DNA from: a candidate division WWE3 bacterium RAAC2_WWE3_1
GTDB lineage: Bacteria; Patescibacteriota; WWE3; UBA101185; UBA10185
Assembly (NCBI GenBank): GCA_000503835.1
Contig: CP006914.1
Location: forward strand, 379,909 to 443,908
Direction: 5' to 3'
DNA: 64,000 nt
Part shown: positions 39,197 through 48,911 of the stretch, piece after piece
Layout: each line of letters opens with the position of its first letter
Position numbering within the stretch: position 1 is the stretch's first letter
Made by a program: the position numbers and the translations under genes
Notes under the pieces: generated by a model
Told to the model about the DNA's origin: nothing
The model's input: the letters and a program-made list of their open reading frames with translations, nothing else
Database searches by the model: none

Positions 39197-39252
39197 GAAA
39201 TGCCGGGCGTTTGATCCTTTAAGGGAAGCAAAAAAACCCGGCTTACGTAATG

Positions 39253-39471
39253 TTAACCACCTGCAACTACCATGAAAGCAAAATCGAAGTTAGTATACTT
39301 TTCTTTAGGAACATTTATCACCACCGAAAAACCGTTTGCATCGCAGCACTTTTCAATCTCCGGCACGTAGTCGTCTTCGGGAAACAAATCCTTATATTCC
39401 TTAACGATCCTCGAGGCAATGTCGATGTCACTAAATCCGACAGGTAAGGTCTCACCGTTGAGTACGCTCAT
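39253..39471 (-). CDS. Small hypothetical protein
   Basis: GAGGAG SD; hairpin at 39202-39242 downstream. Confidence 0.6.
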   Translation of the reverse strand: MSVLNGETLPVGFSDIDIASRIVKEYKDLFPEDDYVPEIEKCCDANGFSVVINVPKEKYTNFDFAFMVVAGG

Positions 39472-39541
39472 TTTTACTCTCCTCTCATATGGCTAACCGA
39501 TAAATATTACGTTAATTCTAAAAACAAGTAAAATATATTTA

Positions 39542-41551
39542 ATGAAGCTGACTTCGCCCGTCGGAATTGTGCCAAAGATCGGGCCTAAATATAAAAAACT
39601 TTTGGAAAATTTAGAAATCAGGACGGTTCAGGATCTGGTGTATCACTTTCCTTTCAGATACGAAGATTATTCTAACGTAAAACACATTCGCAAATTACTG
39701 GAAAATGAAACAGCAACTGTTAAAGGAATTGTTGAATCGGTAACAAACATATTTACCCGAAACGGAAAAAGACTTACAAAAGTAGCCGTAAGCAACGGCA
39801 CTGAGAAAATCGATCTGATATTTTTCAATCAGCATTATTTAAAAACAACAATAAAAACTGGTCATGAGTATACGGTCAGCGGAAAAGTAGGAACCTTCGA
39901 CAGAAAACTTTCTTTTATAAGTCCCGAACTGGAAGAGAGTAGAGAAGTTAATTTGAACACCGGACGCCTGGTCCCGGTATATCCCGAGACTTATGGGGTA
40001 ACTTCCAAGTGGCTCCGGGCTAGAATTAACGACGTCGTGTCGGGGGAAATTGAACTTGAGGAATTTTTACCCGAAAATACGTTAAATAAACTTAATTTGA
40101 GTAATTTTAGTTGGGCACTTAACCAAATTCACTTTCCGGATATAGAAATTAACGCTCAAAAAGCTAAGATAAGGTTCCAATTCGAAGAGTTATTCCTTGA
40201 ACTTCTGAAAGTGGAAAAAAGACGCGTTCAGTGGGAATCTAAGCTTAAAAGTGTCGTAATGACGGTAAAAAATACTCAGATTGACTCTTTCATCCGTACG
40301 CTGCCCTTTAAACTCACAAATTCTCAGGAAAAAGCTATCAACGAGGTACTGAAAGACCAGACATTGGAACATCCTATGAACCGTTTACTGGAGGGGGATG
40401 TCGGCACAGGTAAAACGCTTGTTGCCCTGATTGCGGCCTACAACACGCACCTTAACGGGTTTAAAACTCTTTACATGGCTCCTACGGAGATACTTGCAAC
40501 CCAGCACTATGAAACTTTCACACGTCTTTTATCCCCACTGGGAGTAAAAATTGCCCTCATTACCGGATCCGTCAAGCCGGATGGCACCGACTTTGACATT
40601 CTTATAGGTACACACGCCCTCATCTATTCCAAAGAAAAATTTAAAAACGTAGAGCTGGTTGTTATAGACGAACAACACAGATTTGGCGTAGAGCAGAGGG
40701 GAAAAATCCTGGAAATGGCCAACGATGGAACAGTACCTCATCTACTTGCTATGACAGCCACGCCAATACCAAGAACACTTGCCCTTACCATTTACGGCGA
40801 CCTTTCAATATCGGTTTTAGATACTCATCCGAATAAGGAGAGGAAAATTTCCACAAAAGTGATACCCGAAAATGCGCGGGATAAGGCTTACCAATGGATA
40901 AGACAGAGAAACGAGCCCACTTTTATCGTCTGCCCTCTAATTGAAGAAAGCGAAACTCCGAGTTTTGAGAACGTAAAGGCCGCCGAAGCCGAATACGCCT
41001 TACTCAAAAAAACCTACTTTAAGGGCATCGAAATGGGTCTTCTCCACGGAAAAATGAAACCGAAAGAAAAAGAAGATGTTATTGAAAAGTTCAGAAAAGG
41101 CAAAATAAAGGTATTGGTGTCGACCCCGGTCATAGAAGTTGGGATAGACGTGCCTGAAGCCACCGTGATGGTCATAGAGAGCGCGGAAAGGTACGGACTG
41201 GCCAGTTTACATCAATTGCGGGGAAGAGTGGGCAGGGGGTCAGAAAAGGGCTACTGCTTTGCTTTTTTGAGTACTTATTCAAGAAACGCCTATACCAGAT
41301 TAAAAAACCTCGAAACCACAGACAACGGCATTGAACTTTCCGAGATAGACATGCAGGCAAGGGGACAAGGCGATATTTTCGGAGCAAGCCAGCACGGTTT
41401 CAAAAGATTTAAAATAGCCGACATGTTTAATGTCAAAATGCTCGAGGAAGCAAAACAGGAAGCTCAACAAATATACCCATTCTTGGACTATTACCCCCTA
41501 CTAAAGGAAAGGTTGACACAGGAAGCGGGAGAATATATACCTAACAACTAG
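39542..41551 (+). CDS. recG: ATP-dependent DNA helicase RecG
   Basis: RLLEGDVGTGKT, DEQHRFG, MTATPIPRT, QLRGRVGRG. Confidence 0.97.
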   Translation: MKLTSPVGIVPKIGPKYKKLLENLEIRTVQDLVYHFPFRYEDYSNVKHIRKLLENETATVKGIVESVTNIFTRNGKRLTKVAVSNGTEKIDLIFFNQHYLKTTIKTGHEYTVSGKVGTFDRKLSFISPELEESREVNLNTGRLVPVYPETYGVTSKWLRARINDVVSGEIELEEFLPENTLNKLNLSNFSWALNQIHFPDIEINAQKAKIRFQFEELFLELLKVEKRRVQWESKLKSVVMTVKNTQIDSFIRTLPFKLTNSQEKAINEVLKDQTLEHPMNRLLEGDVGTGKTLVALIAAYNTHLNGFKTLYMAPTEILATQHYETFTRLLSPLGVKIALITGSVKPDGTDFDILIGTHALIYSKEKFKNVELVVIDEQHRFGVEQRGKILEMANDGTVPHLLAMTATPIPRTLALTIYGDLSISVLDTHPNKERKISTKVIPENARDKAYQWIRQRNEPTFIVCPLIEESETPSFENVKAAEAEYALLKKTYFKGIEMGLLHGKMKPKEKEDVIEKFRKGKIKVLVSTPVIEVGIDVPEATVMVIESAERYGLASLHQLRGRVGRGSEKGYCFAFLSTYSRNAYTRLKNLETTDNGIELSEIDMQARGQGDIFGASQHGFKRFKIADMFNVKMLEEAKQEAQQIYPFLDYYPLLKERLTQEAGEYIPNN

Positions 41552-41552
41552 G

Positions 41553-42113
41553 ATGGAACTAAGAATCACAACAGGCTCCGCAAAAAATAAAAAGCTAGTA
41601 GCACCGGAATTACCCGGTTTCAGGGCAGTTCAGGAGATTGCCAAATCCTCAATGTTTTCTATTATCGGGGATCAGGTAGAGGGGGCTGTATGTTTGGATC
41701 TGTTCGCGGGAAGCGGAAATTTAGGTATTGAGGCTTTGAGCAGGGGCGCCGCCTGGTGCGATTTCGTGGATGGAAATAAGGAAAGCGTCGAAGCGATAAA
41801 GAAAAACGTGGAAAACTGCGGCTTTTTTGATAAGTCTTCGGTTTCCCTGAAAAACGCTGTTAAGTACGCCGCGGCTACCGACAAAAAGTACAATCTTATC
41901 TTTATGGATCCTTTCTACAACGACCTAAACCAGAGACACCTTCTCGGGCTACTTGCCGAAAGAATTAAGGAAAACGGTATTTTAGTGTATTTTCACTCTC
42001 CTGAATGCACCACAGAAGTGAACGACATGGTACAGAAAAGCGGACTTGTAATAACCGATAGTAGGGAATTTGGGGGAAGCGTTTTTGCCGTCATAACAAG
42101 GCTAGACAAATAA
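41553..42113 (+). CDS. rsmD: RsmD-family rRNA methyltransferase
   Basis: LDLFAGSGNLGIEALSRGA, DPFY. Confidence 0.9.
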   Translation: MELRITTGSAKNKKLVAPELPGFRAVQEIAKSSMFSIIGDQVEGAVCLDLFAGSGNLGIEALSRGAAWCDFVDGNKESVEAIKKNVENCGFFDKSSVSLKNAVKYAAATDKKYNLIFMDPFYNDLNQRHLLGLLAERIKENGILVYFHSPECTTEVNDMVQKSGLVITDSREFGGSVFAVITRLDK

Positions 42114-42178
42114 TTAAGTAAATGGTATTATCCCTATAGTTTGTTTCCAAAAATCCGGTACTAAAAAGGAGTAGAGCG

Positions 42179-42514
42179 ATGACAGTTTTTGATAGGGCGT
42201 TTTCGTACAATAAGGATTTGCATTTCATCAAAGAATTGGAAGCGGGAAACATAAGAATAAAAATAAGAATCACCCCCTTCCAGGCAGAAACCATCCGTAT
42301 GGAAGCATTTAAGGATGGCAAGAAAGTCGATACTTATATCGGCAGAAACGAGCTCGGGAGACATGACTTCCCAATCGTCTGGTGGATAGAAAGAAACAGT
42401 AAGTCAGGAAACAACTGGAACACCCTATTGCTTACTTGGTGGCTTGATACGGTTGTTCCTGAGATAGAGAGGGAAACTCTCAAAAGGAACATGCTGTCTC
42501 CAAGCGCCCGTTAG
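42179..42514 (+). CDS. Small hypothetical protein
   Basis: AAGGAG SD; followed by a terminator hairpin. Confidence 0.65.
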   Translation: MTVFDRAFSYNKDLHFIKELEAGNIRIKIRITPFQAETIRMEAFKDGKKVDTYIGRNELGRHDFPIVWWIERNSKSGNNWNTLLLTWWLDTVVPEIERETLKRNMLSPSAR

Positions 42515-42520
42515 CAATAA

Positions 42521-42567
42521 AAAGCCGTTTGTATAACCTTAAAGGTTATCGGGCGGCTTTCTTTTTT
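42521..42567 (+). terminator. Intrinsic terminator
   Basis: AAAGCCGTTTG..ATAACC-TTAAA-GGTTAT..CGGGCGGCTTT plus T-tract. Confidence 0.75.
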
Positions 42568-42623
42568 GCCTAAAACGGGTTCTATTTGACAGCAAAGCCT
42601 CAAACCTTTATATTTCACACTGT

Positions 42624-42770
42624 ATGGCAGTACCAAAAAGAAAACATTCTATATCAAGAACGAGACAGAAAAGGGACGCTCATTACAAAAGAGTGCGTGT
42701 CCATGCTGTAAAAACTTCGGACGACAAAGCTTATAAAAGACCTCACGTCGAAGAGTATATCGAGCTTTAA
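42624..42770 (+). CDS. rpmF: 50S ribosomal protein L32 (Cys-free)
   Basis: MAVPKRKHSISRTRQKR..KRPHV; 48 aa, absent from the ORF track. Confidence 0.92.
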   Translation: MAVPKRKHSISRTRQKRDAHYKRVRVHAVKTSDDKAYKRPHVEEYIEL

Positions 42771-42791
42771 GAATTCGGATATAATTACACA

Positions 42792-43229
42792 ATGAAATCT
42801 TTCGCGGATCCGAGGCACACTTCCAGAAAACTTGCTTTGACTTCTATTTTTTGCTGGCTTTTTACGGAAACGGATAAAAACGACGCGATTATGCTGTCAA
42901 AAGACCTTTTGGAAGAGCAACCCGGAGAACAGGATACCGAGCTTACCGAATACATTTTTGAGGGCGTCAAAACCCACATTAATGAGATAGACAAGGTAAT
43001 AGAGGAGAGCGCGCCGGAGTGGCCTATTGACAAAATAGCCAAAGTTGATTTAGTAGTACTCAGAATCGCGGTTTTTGAACTGCTGTTCGGTAAAAAGGCA
43101 CCGGCCAAGGTTGTGGTGGATGAAGCCGTTGAACTGGCCAAGGAGTTCGGAAACGATACTTCACATAAATTTGTGAACGGGGTTCTAGGCACAGTAATAG
43201 GAAATTATTTGGAGAAAAAAGATGACTAG
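42792..43229 (+). CDS. nusB: Transcription antitermination factor NusB
   Basis: W.IDKIAKVD..LRIA..E, DEAVELAKEFG, FVNGVL. Confidence 0.95.
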   Translation: MKSFADPRHTSRKLALTSIFCWLFTETDKNDAIMLSKDLLEEQPGEQDTELTEYIFEGVKTHINEIDKVIEESAPEWPIDKIAKVDLVVLRIAVFELLFGKKAPAKVVVDEAVELAKEFGNDTSHKFVNGVLGTVIGNYLEKKDD

Positions 43230-43458
43230 CGATTATTTTGCAAAAACTAAAAAGGTTATAGAAGAAAAAACAGGCGTTTCGCCCGCCGACATACACGAAA
43301 CCTCCTTTTTCGAGGATGATCTCAACGTCGGAGAAATGGAGCTTCTTGAAATACTGTCCGAGCTTGAAGAGATGTTCAAAGTAGACCTTGTTTCCGAACA
43401 GGAAAACATTGTAACCGTTCAGGACATACTGGACCTGCTCAGCGAAAAAATTGATTAG
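43222..43458 (+). CDS. Acyl-carrier-protein-like protein lacking the DSL serine
   Basis: 78-aa acidic protein aligning with AcpP along its length; GEM replaces DSL; lies upstream of rnc. Confidence 0.8.
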   Translation: MTSDYFAKTKKVIEEKTGVSPADIHETSFFEDDLNVGEMELLEILSELEEMFKVDLVSEQENIVTVQDILDLLSEKID

Positions 43459-43527
43459 TATCCGGCCGTATTTTACCCATGACTTTTGTCGCGGAGAAAG
43501 TTCGGAACGGACACGGAAAAGTCGATA

Positions 43528-44226
43528 ATGGCCTTTGATTTCGTCAAAACAAAACAAATATTGGGCGAAGATTTGTCCGATGAGAATCTGTTTAAAACAG
43601 CTTTTACCCATCGTTCTTATCTGAATGAACACCACGAATACGCGAACCCCTCCAACGAAAGACTGGAGTTCCTTGGGGACGCCGTACTTCAGCTCCTTTC
43701 CAGCGAATTTCTTTATAATACCTATACCGACGCCCCGGAAGGCGACCTAACGAACTACCGCTCATCGGTAGTTTGCACGTCTTCGCTTGCCCGGGAAGCT
43801 AAAAGAATGGAATACGGCAGTCTACTGCTCCTTTCCAACGGCGAAGAGGCAACAGGAGGAAGAGACCGGGAATACATTCTTGCAAACACATTCGAGGCTG
43901 TACTGGGTGCCCTTTACCTTGATAGAGGCCTTGAAAAATGTAGGAAGTTCCTGGAGAAAGAGCTTTTTTTCAAAATAAGTGATATCGTTACCGATAACGT
44001 CTACAGAGACGCCAAGTCCCAGTTTCAGGAGATGGCCCAGGATAAATTCGGTGTAACCCCCGTATATCAGGTAATCGACTCATGGGGCCCCGATCATGAA
44101 AAAACCTTTAAAATGGGCGTTTTCATAGGCAAAGAGAATTGGGGAACCGGCGAGGGAAAAAGTAAACAGAGGGCAGAGCAGGCAGCGGCCGAAAATGGTT
44201 TAAAAAGAATGGAGAAAGGAGATTAA
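43528..44226 (+). CDS. rnc: Ribonuclease III
   Basis: AFTHRSY, NERLEFLGDAVL, C-terminal dsRBD; ATG 43528. Confidence 0.97.
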   Translation: MAFDFVKTKQILGEDLSDENLFKTAFTHRSYLNEHHEYANPSNERLEFLGDAVLQLLSSEFLYNTYTDAPEGDLTNYRSSVVCTSSLAREAKRMEYGSLLLLSNGEEATGGRDREYILANTFEAVLGALYLDRGLEKCRKFLEKELFFKISDIVTDNVYRDAKSQFQEMAQDKFGVTPVYQVIDSWGPDHEKTFKMGVFIGKENWGTGEGKSKQRAEQAAAENGLKRMEKGD

Positions 44227-44281
44227 AGGTTACCGTGGGTGTATAGACAACCACAACCCCATCTGCTAAAATCAACCAGTT

Positions 44282-44602
44282 ATGTCGGTATCAATCAGAT
44301 TAACAAGAACAGGTAGAAAAAATCTGCCCTCCTACAGGGTGGTGGCTACGCAGACCAGAACCAAAAGGGATGGTAAATTTTTGGACATAATAGGTTTCTA
44401 CAATCCCTCAACAATCCCGGCTTCCTTTGATTACGACAAAAAAAAGTTCCAGGAATGGGTCTCAAAAGGTGCGATAGTCTCGGATGCGGTAAAGAAAATG
44501 GTAGAGGGCAAGTACGAATATACAAAATATAAACCCGGTAAAGAAGAAGTGACAAAAGAAGTCGCTCCTGCCAAAGAAGAAGCTCCGGAACAAACAGCCT
44601 AA
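44282..44602 (+). CDS. rpsP: 30S ribosomal protein S16
   Basis: IRLTRTGRK..YRVV..RDGKF..IGFYNP. Confidence 0.97.
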   Translation: MSVSIRLTRTGRKNLPSYRVVATQTRTKRDGKFLDIIGFYNPSTIPASFDYDKKKFQEWVSKGAIVSDAVKKMVEGKYEYTKYKPGKEEVTKEVAPAKEEAPEQTA

Positions 44603-44603
44603 C

Positions 44604-44846
44604 ATGAAAGAGTTCATAACATACATTGTTCAACAGATAGTTTCCCACCCCGAAGCAATTGAAGTTGAGGAAGTCACCGAGGAAGGGGTTTTCGTCTACA
44701 CGATATCTGCGGCTAAAGAAGATATGGGTACACTTATCGGCAAAGAAGGCAGGAACATCAAAAGCATCAGAAATATGGCCAAGGCCAAGGCTATAAAAGA
44801 CGACATAAGGATAAGTGTTAACATTAAAGAAGATGATCAGATTTAA
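44604..44846 (+). CDS. khpA: KH-domain RNA-binding protein
   Basis: DMGTLIGKEGRNIKSIR; lies between rpsP and trmD. Confidence 0.9.
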   Translation: MKEFITYIVQQIVSHPEAIEVEEVTEEGVFVYTISAAKEDMGTLIGKEGRNIKSIRNMAKAKAIKDDIRISVNIKEDDQI

Positions 44847-45501
44847 CGTCCTCACTTTATTTCCCGAACTAATACAACCTCATTTAGATTTTTTACCCTT
44901 TAAAAGGGCGGTTGAAAAAAAGGCGGCCGAGTATAGATTATGGAATCTAAGAAATTACGCTCTCGACAAAAGAGGAACTGTGGACGACAAGCCTTATGGA
45001 GGGGGCACCGGAATGTTGTTAATGCCCGAACCCATTTACGACGCCTTAAGCGACATCCACACCATGCCGCCGGAAGATGTTATAAAAAAGGACGGTGTGC
45101 GGGTAATACTGTTATCTCCGCGCGGTAAAAAATATGATCAAAAGTACGCGGAGGATCTATCAAAGGCACGGGAAATTACCTTGATTTGCGGAAGATACGA
45201 AGGTATTGACGCCAGAATAGAGGAAAATTACGTGACCGACGTTGTAAGCATAGGTGATTTCGTTCTTTCCGGCGGGGAAGTGCCGGTTTTAGCAATTTTA
45301 GAGAGCGTTACACGATTACTTCCACAGGTTATTGAAAAGGAAGACGCCGTAACCAATGAGTCATTCTCGAACGGCACCATTGAGTACCCGCAGTACACCA
45401 GACCCGAGGTCTTCAAAGGAAAAAAAGTGCCTGACGTTCTTCTTTCCGGCAACCATAAAGAAATAGAGAAGTGGAAAAGAGAGAATTCTCCGACAGTATA
45501 A
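44833..45501 (+). CDS. trmD: tRNA (guanine37-N1)-methyltransferase
   Basis: VDDKPYGGG, CGRYEGID, SIGDFVLSGGE, YPQYTRP; no rimM between khpA and trmD. Confidence 0.97.
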   Translation: MIRFNVLTLFPELIQPHLDFLPFKRAVEKKAAEYRLWNLRNYALDKRGTVDDKPYGGGTGMLLMPEPIYDALSDIHTMPPEDVIKKDGVRVILLSPRGKKYDQKYAEDLSKAREITLICGRYEGIDARIEENYVTDVVSIGDFVLSGGEVPVLAILESVTRLLPQVIEKEDAVTNESFSNGTIEYPQYTRPEVFKGKKVPDVLLSGNHKEIEKWKRENSPTV

Positions 45502-45528
45502 AAAAGAAGTTTCCTCACCCGCAACTAA

Positions 45529-46392
45529 CTATAAATCGAAGGGCGTTTCCGGTGTTTCGGTGGCCCCCGCCGGTTGTTCTACAGGTACCTCTTCGGCAGC
45601 TTCCCCCGCAGGAGCGGGAGTTTCCGTACTCTCAACTACTTCGCTTTCTGCAATATCAGGATTAAGAAATTCGTAATATCTATAATCTTTTATGCTGTTT
45701 ATAAATGCGACAAAAGCCGGGGACGTAATATCCAAGGTGATGGGGTCATCCGTTACCGCAACAGATTGAACATACATATACGGAGAATCAACATTCACGT
45801 TAACATTCACCAAACCAGTTTCCTGCGTACTGGAATCCTCACCAAATCTGAATGTGGTTACATAGGCTATTCTTGCAGATTTTTCGATTTCCTGCATAAA
45901 CACTACCATTTGGTCATAAGAACCGGTCACGGTCGCCGCAACATTAACAATACCGCTTATATCTTCCTTCCTCTGGTCAGAGATAGCATCCGCGGCAGCT
46001 CCGGTTGCCCCCGAATAGGAGTAGTTCAAACGATCGACGGACATACCGGCGTTGGTCGCGATTTGGTGTATCTGGTCAAGAAGCTGTGGGACGTTAGATT
46101 CGGAAACGTACAGCTTCTCGACAAGATCGGCATTCTCCTGCAGAACGGTATTAAAATCTTTCATTTTAGAAAGAGCCGAAGCTTTGGTATTTAACACTTC
46201 CAGCACAGCGGTCTGTGAAGTAAGCTGTGTCTTAAGTTCGTTAACCTTGGTGTAGGTAGGTTTGATATATAAAAAGAACAATAAAGCGGTAACCGCCAAA
46301 CCAATGATAGGGAAGACAAAATCCACAATAATGTCTTTTATGGCACCTATGTTTATTTCTTTTATTTTATTTTCTATGTTCTCTTCGTTCAT
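45529..46392 (-). CDS. pilO: Type IV pilus alignment protein PilO-like
   Basis: TM, coiled coil and GSY..F..IEKS.R; follows pilM-pilN. Confidence 0.8.
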   Translation of the reverse strand: MNEENIENKIKEINIGAIKDIIVDFVFPIIGLAVTALLFFLYIKPTYTKVNELKTQLTSQTAVLEVLNTKASALSKMKDFNTVLQENADLVEKLYVSESNVPQLLDQIHQIATNAGMSVDRLNYSYSGATGAAADAISDQRKEDISGIVNVAATVTGSYDQMVVFMQEIEKSARIAYVTTFRFGEDSSTQETGLVNVNVNVDSPYMYVQSVAVTDDPITLDITSPAFVAFINSIKDYRYYEFLNPDIAESEVVESTETPAPAGEAAEEVPVEQPAGATETPETPFDL

Positions 46393-46402
46393 ATTTCTTC
46401 GT

Positions 46403-46978
46403 TTACAATTTTATTTTCGACGTATCGTAGTTAACCACAATAAAAAACCTGACCGTACTTTTATTTTGATCCAGTGTCACGGAATTAAGTTTTACTTCGG
46501 TAAAAAGTTCTTTTAGTTCTGCGTCACCCCCGGGAAAATCTTTGTTTAAAAGGCTGTTTATAAAATTGGCGATCAGAATATAATTGTCGGCGTCCCCCGT
46601 GTAATTTACGATTCCGTCCTTTATATCCATGGAGTCTATTCTTACACCCTCAGGCTGTCTCACTTTCAGTTCGGCCAATAAACGGGAGTAATGCGGTCTT
46701 TCGGCAATAACTTTGGAGATAGAATTATATTTCAGGTCCAAATTTCTCACAACTATCTCGGTGGCGGAAAGAGATTTTATTTTTGCTCGCTGACTTTCAA
46801 TCTGCGAATTTACGTCGTTTACCTTCGTGGATATCTCCGAATGTGCGTAGTAAAGATATCCGGAAACGCCCAGCGCCGCAACTGTCAACAGAATAAAAAG
46901 CACCGTAGTGCCCTTAACAGCCTTGCCTTTGGCTTGATACTGTATTTCTTCCTGCGGGATAAGGTTAATATTTTCCAT
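46403..46978 (-). CDS. pilN: Type IV pilus alignment protein PilN-like
   Basis: INLIP N-terminal motif, TM, coiled coil. Confidence 0.85.
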   Translation of the reverse strand: MENINLIPQEEIQYQAKGKAVKGTTVLFILLTVAALGVSGYLYYAHSEISTKVNDVNSQIESQRAKIKSLSATEIVVRNLDLKYNSISKVIAERPHYSRLLAELKVRQPEGVRIDSMDIKDGIVNYTGDADNYILIANFINSLLNKDFPGGDAELKELFTEVKLNSVTLDQNKSTVRFFIVVNYDTSKIKL

Positions 46979-48010
46979 TTAAACCTCTCTTAGAGCCAAA
47001 CCTACGGCGGTAGAATACATCGGACCGTCCTGGCTCAGATCCTTTCTTCGTGGCTCTAACTTTTGTGAAAACTGGAAATTGGCCAGCGGATTGGCAAGTT
47101 GTACCTCAAAATCAACATTTTTTGCTACATAAGTTAAAAGTTCAGGCATTAGGGCAGTACCTCCGGTTAGTATCAACCTCTTAATGTTAGCAGAGCTATT
47201 ATGCTTTGTGAAGAATACTGTTGCTCTTTTTATCTCAAGAATCAGGTTGTCCATTATAGGTCTTATTACGTTAAATATTTTGCCCTCGGCCTGCATGGGA
47301 TCCATTCCATAAACTTTTTTGTATTCTTCAGCCTGTTGAACATCCAAGTTCAGCTCCTGCTGGATTGCCTTTGTAATTATGTCCCCTCCCACCGGAATGC
47401 TTCTGGTAAAGCGTACCGCGCCGCCGTAGGTAACGACTATTATCGATCCCGAGAATCCCAAATCCATAACTATAGTCCCGAGAGGGGCGTCGGCCGAATC
47501 TCCTAAGACCCTGCCCAAAGCAAGAGTTTCGGGTTCTATTGCGTAAGGCACGAGCTTGGCTTTTTTAGCGATGGCAACATACCTTTCTAAAACATCTTTT
47601 TTGGCGGCGACTACCTGAACATTTATTTTATCTTTTTCGGTAAGATCGGGGTCGAGTCTTTGATATGAGAGGTTTATCTGGTCAAGTGGCAGGGGAATAT
47701 ATTGCTCAGCCTCATATCTCACGGCACTTCTCAGCTCCTTATCACTCATTGCGGGCACTTTTATAACGCGCATAAATACCTGACTCTCGTCCAAACCCAT
47801 TACAACATGGGAGGTTCCGAATCCCATTTCCTTGAAAAACTCGGCTATATGCTCGGCGATCAGATCCATATCTTCTCTTTTATCGGACAAAAAGTTGACC
47901 TTGGGATTTTCGTACGTGCCTATATTGGAAATTATCAACCCTTCTTTACGTTTATCCAGTTCTACGGCTCTAAATGTACTTCTGCCAAAATTTAAACCTA
48001 CAATGGGCAT
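46979..48010 (-). CDS. pilM: Type IV pilus assembly protein PilM
   Basis: Actin-like fold motifs; EAEQYIPLP, LTGGTA, AVGLALR. Confidence 0.93.
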   Translation of the reverse strand: MPIVGLNFGRSTFRAVELDKRKEGLIISNIGTYENPKVNFLSDKREDMDLIAEHIAEFFKEMGFGTSHVVMGLDESQVFMRVIKVPAMSDKELRSAVRYEAEQYIPLPLDQINLSYQRLDPDLTEKDKINVQVVAAKKDVLERYVAIAKKAKLVPYAIEPETLALGRVLGDSADAPLGTIVMDLGFSGSIIVVTYGGAVRFTRSIPVGGDIITKAIQQELNLDVQQAEEYKKVYGMDPMQAEGKIFNVIRPIMDNLILEIKRATVFFTKHNSSANIKRLILTGGTALMPELLTYVAKNVDFEVQLANPLANFQFSQKLEPRRKDLSQDGPMYSTAVGLALREV

Positions 48011-48078
48011 ACTAAAATTCTACTATCCTTTCAGGACTCAGACAAGACCGATTTTACGTTTATTCTGCGACTTTTAGG

Positions 48079-48900
48079 CTAAGGTCCGTAATTGTTGGTA
48101 AGATCCGAAACTTCGCTTGTCTGAAGTAGTGCATAATCGAAGAAAGCCGGAGCCATGGCATCTGTTTTAAGAACAGTTATATGCTTCACCGTTTCTCCGG
48201 AGTAACCGTGAGCGTCCATTATTATCCCCTGCCTTGGGATCGTCTGACCAATCGCAGGTACCGCATAAACGACCGCTCTTTCGTAATAGGGTCTGATACG
48301 GATATATTTAGGCGTCACCATAGTATTTATTGTGAAACAGTTTGGGTAGCCGTGGTTGGCCACGGCAGTATCAAATCCGTTGCCGCTGTAAGGAGAAGAC
48401 ACGGAATTTACGGCATAGGAATTTATTTTTGTGACCGCACTTTCTTCGTATATATACGCCGCATGTATTGAGGACGCACTTTGCCAGCAAACATCAAGGG
48501 AGGAACCTGATGTGTACCCCTGCAAACTTATTTGACCGGCCTCTCCCGGCTCGAGGCCTAGCGAAAAAGGATCGGTGGAATTTCCGGAATACTCTAAAGT
48601 AACATTGGCGCTGATAATATTTCCGTTGGGCTCCGTTATGCTGTAGGTGCAGGCACTTCCGCAGTTCCCGAACGCTATGTATCCTTCCAATGTTTCATTT
48701 GGAACCACCAGAAGACGCTCAATTATAGCCTCTGCGGCTCTGAGAGCTTTTGTACTGTCATCTGTCCTTACAAAACCTTTAAGTGTGCTCATGAAACGGT
48801 TCGATATGGTTACCCCGATTGTCGTGGCGACTATCATTAAGAAAACCATCACTACCAGGGTTTGCCCTGTCTGGTCTTTGATTTTTGACGGAATTCTCAT
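48079..48900 (-). CDS. PilX-like minor pilin
   Basis: G/QTLVVMV class III signal without Glu5; A..AAEA.I motif. Confidence 0.75.
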   Translation of the reverse strand: MRIPSKIKDQTGQTLVVMVFLMIVATTIGVTISNRFMSTLKGFVRTDDSTKALRAAEAIIERLLVVPNETLEGYIAFGNCGSACTYSITEPNGNIISANVTLEYSGNSTDPFSLGLEPGEAGQISLQGYTSGSSLDVCWQSASSIHAAYIYEESAVTKINSYAVNSVSSPYSGNGFDTAVANHGYPNCFTINTMVTPKYIRIRPYYERAVVYAVPAIGQTIPRQGIIMDAHGYSGETVKHITVLKTDAMAPAFFDYALLQTSEVSDLTNNYGP

Positions 48901-48911
48901 ATCAATATGGC

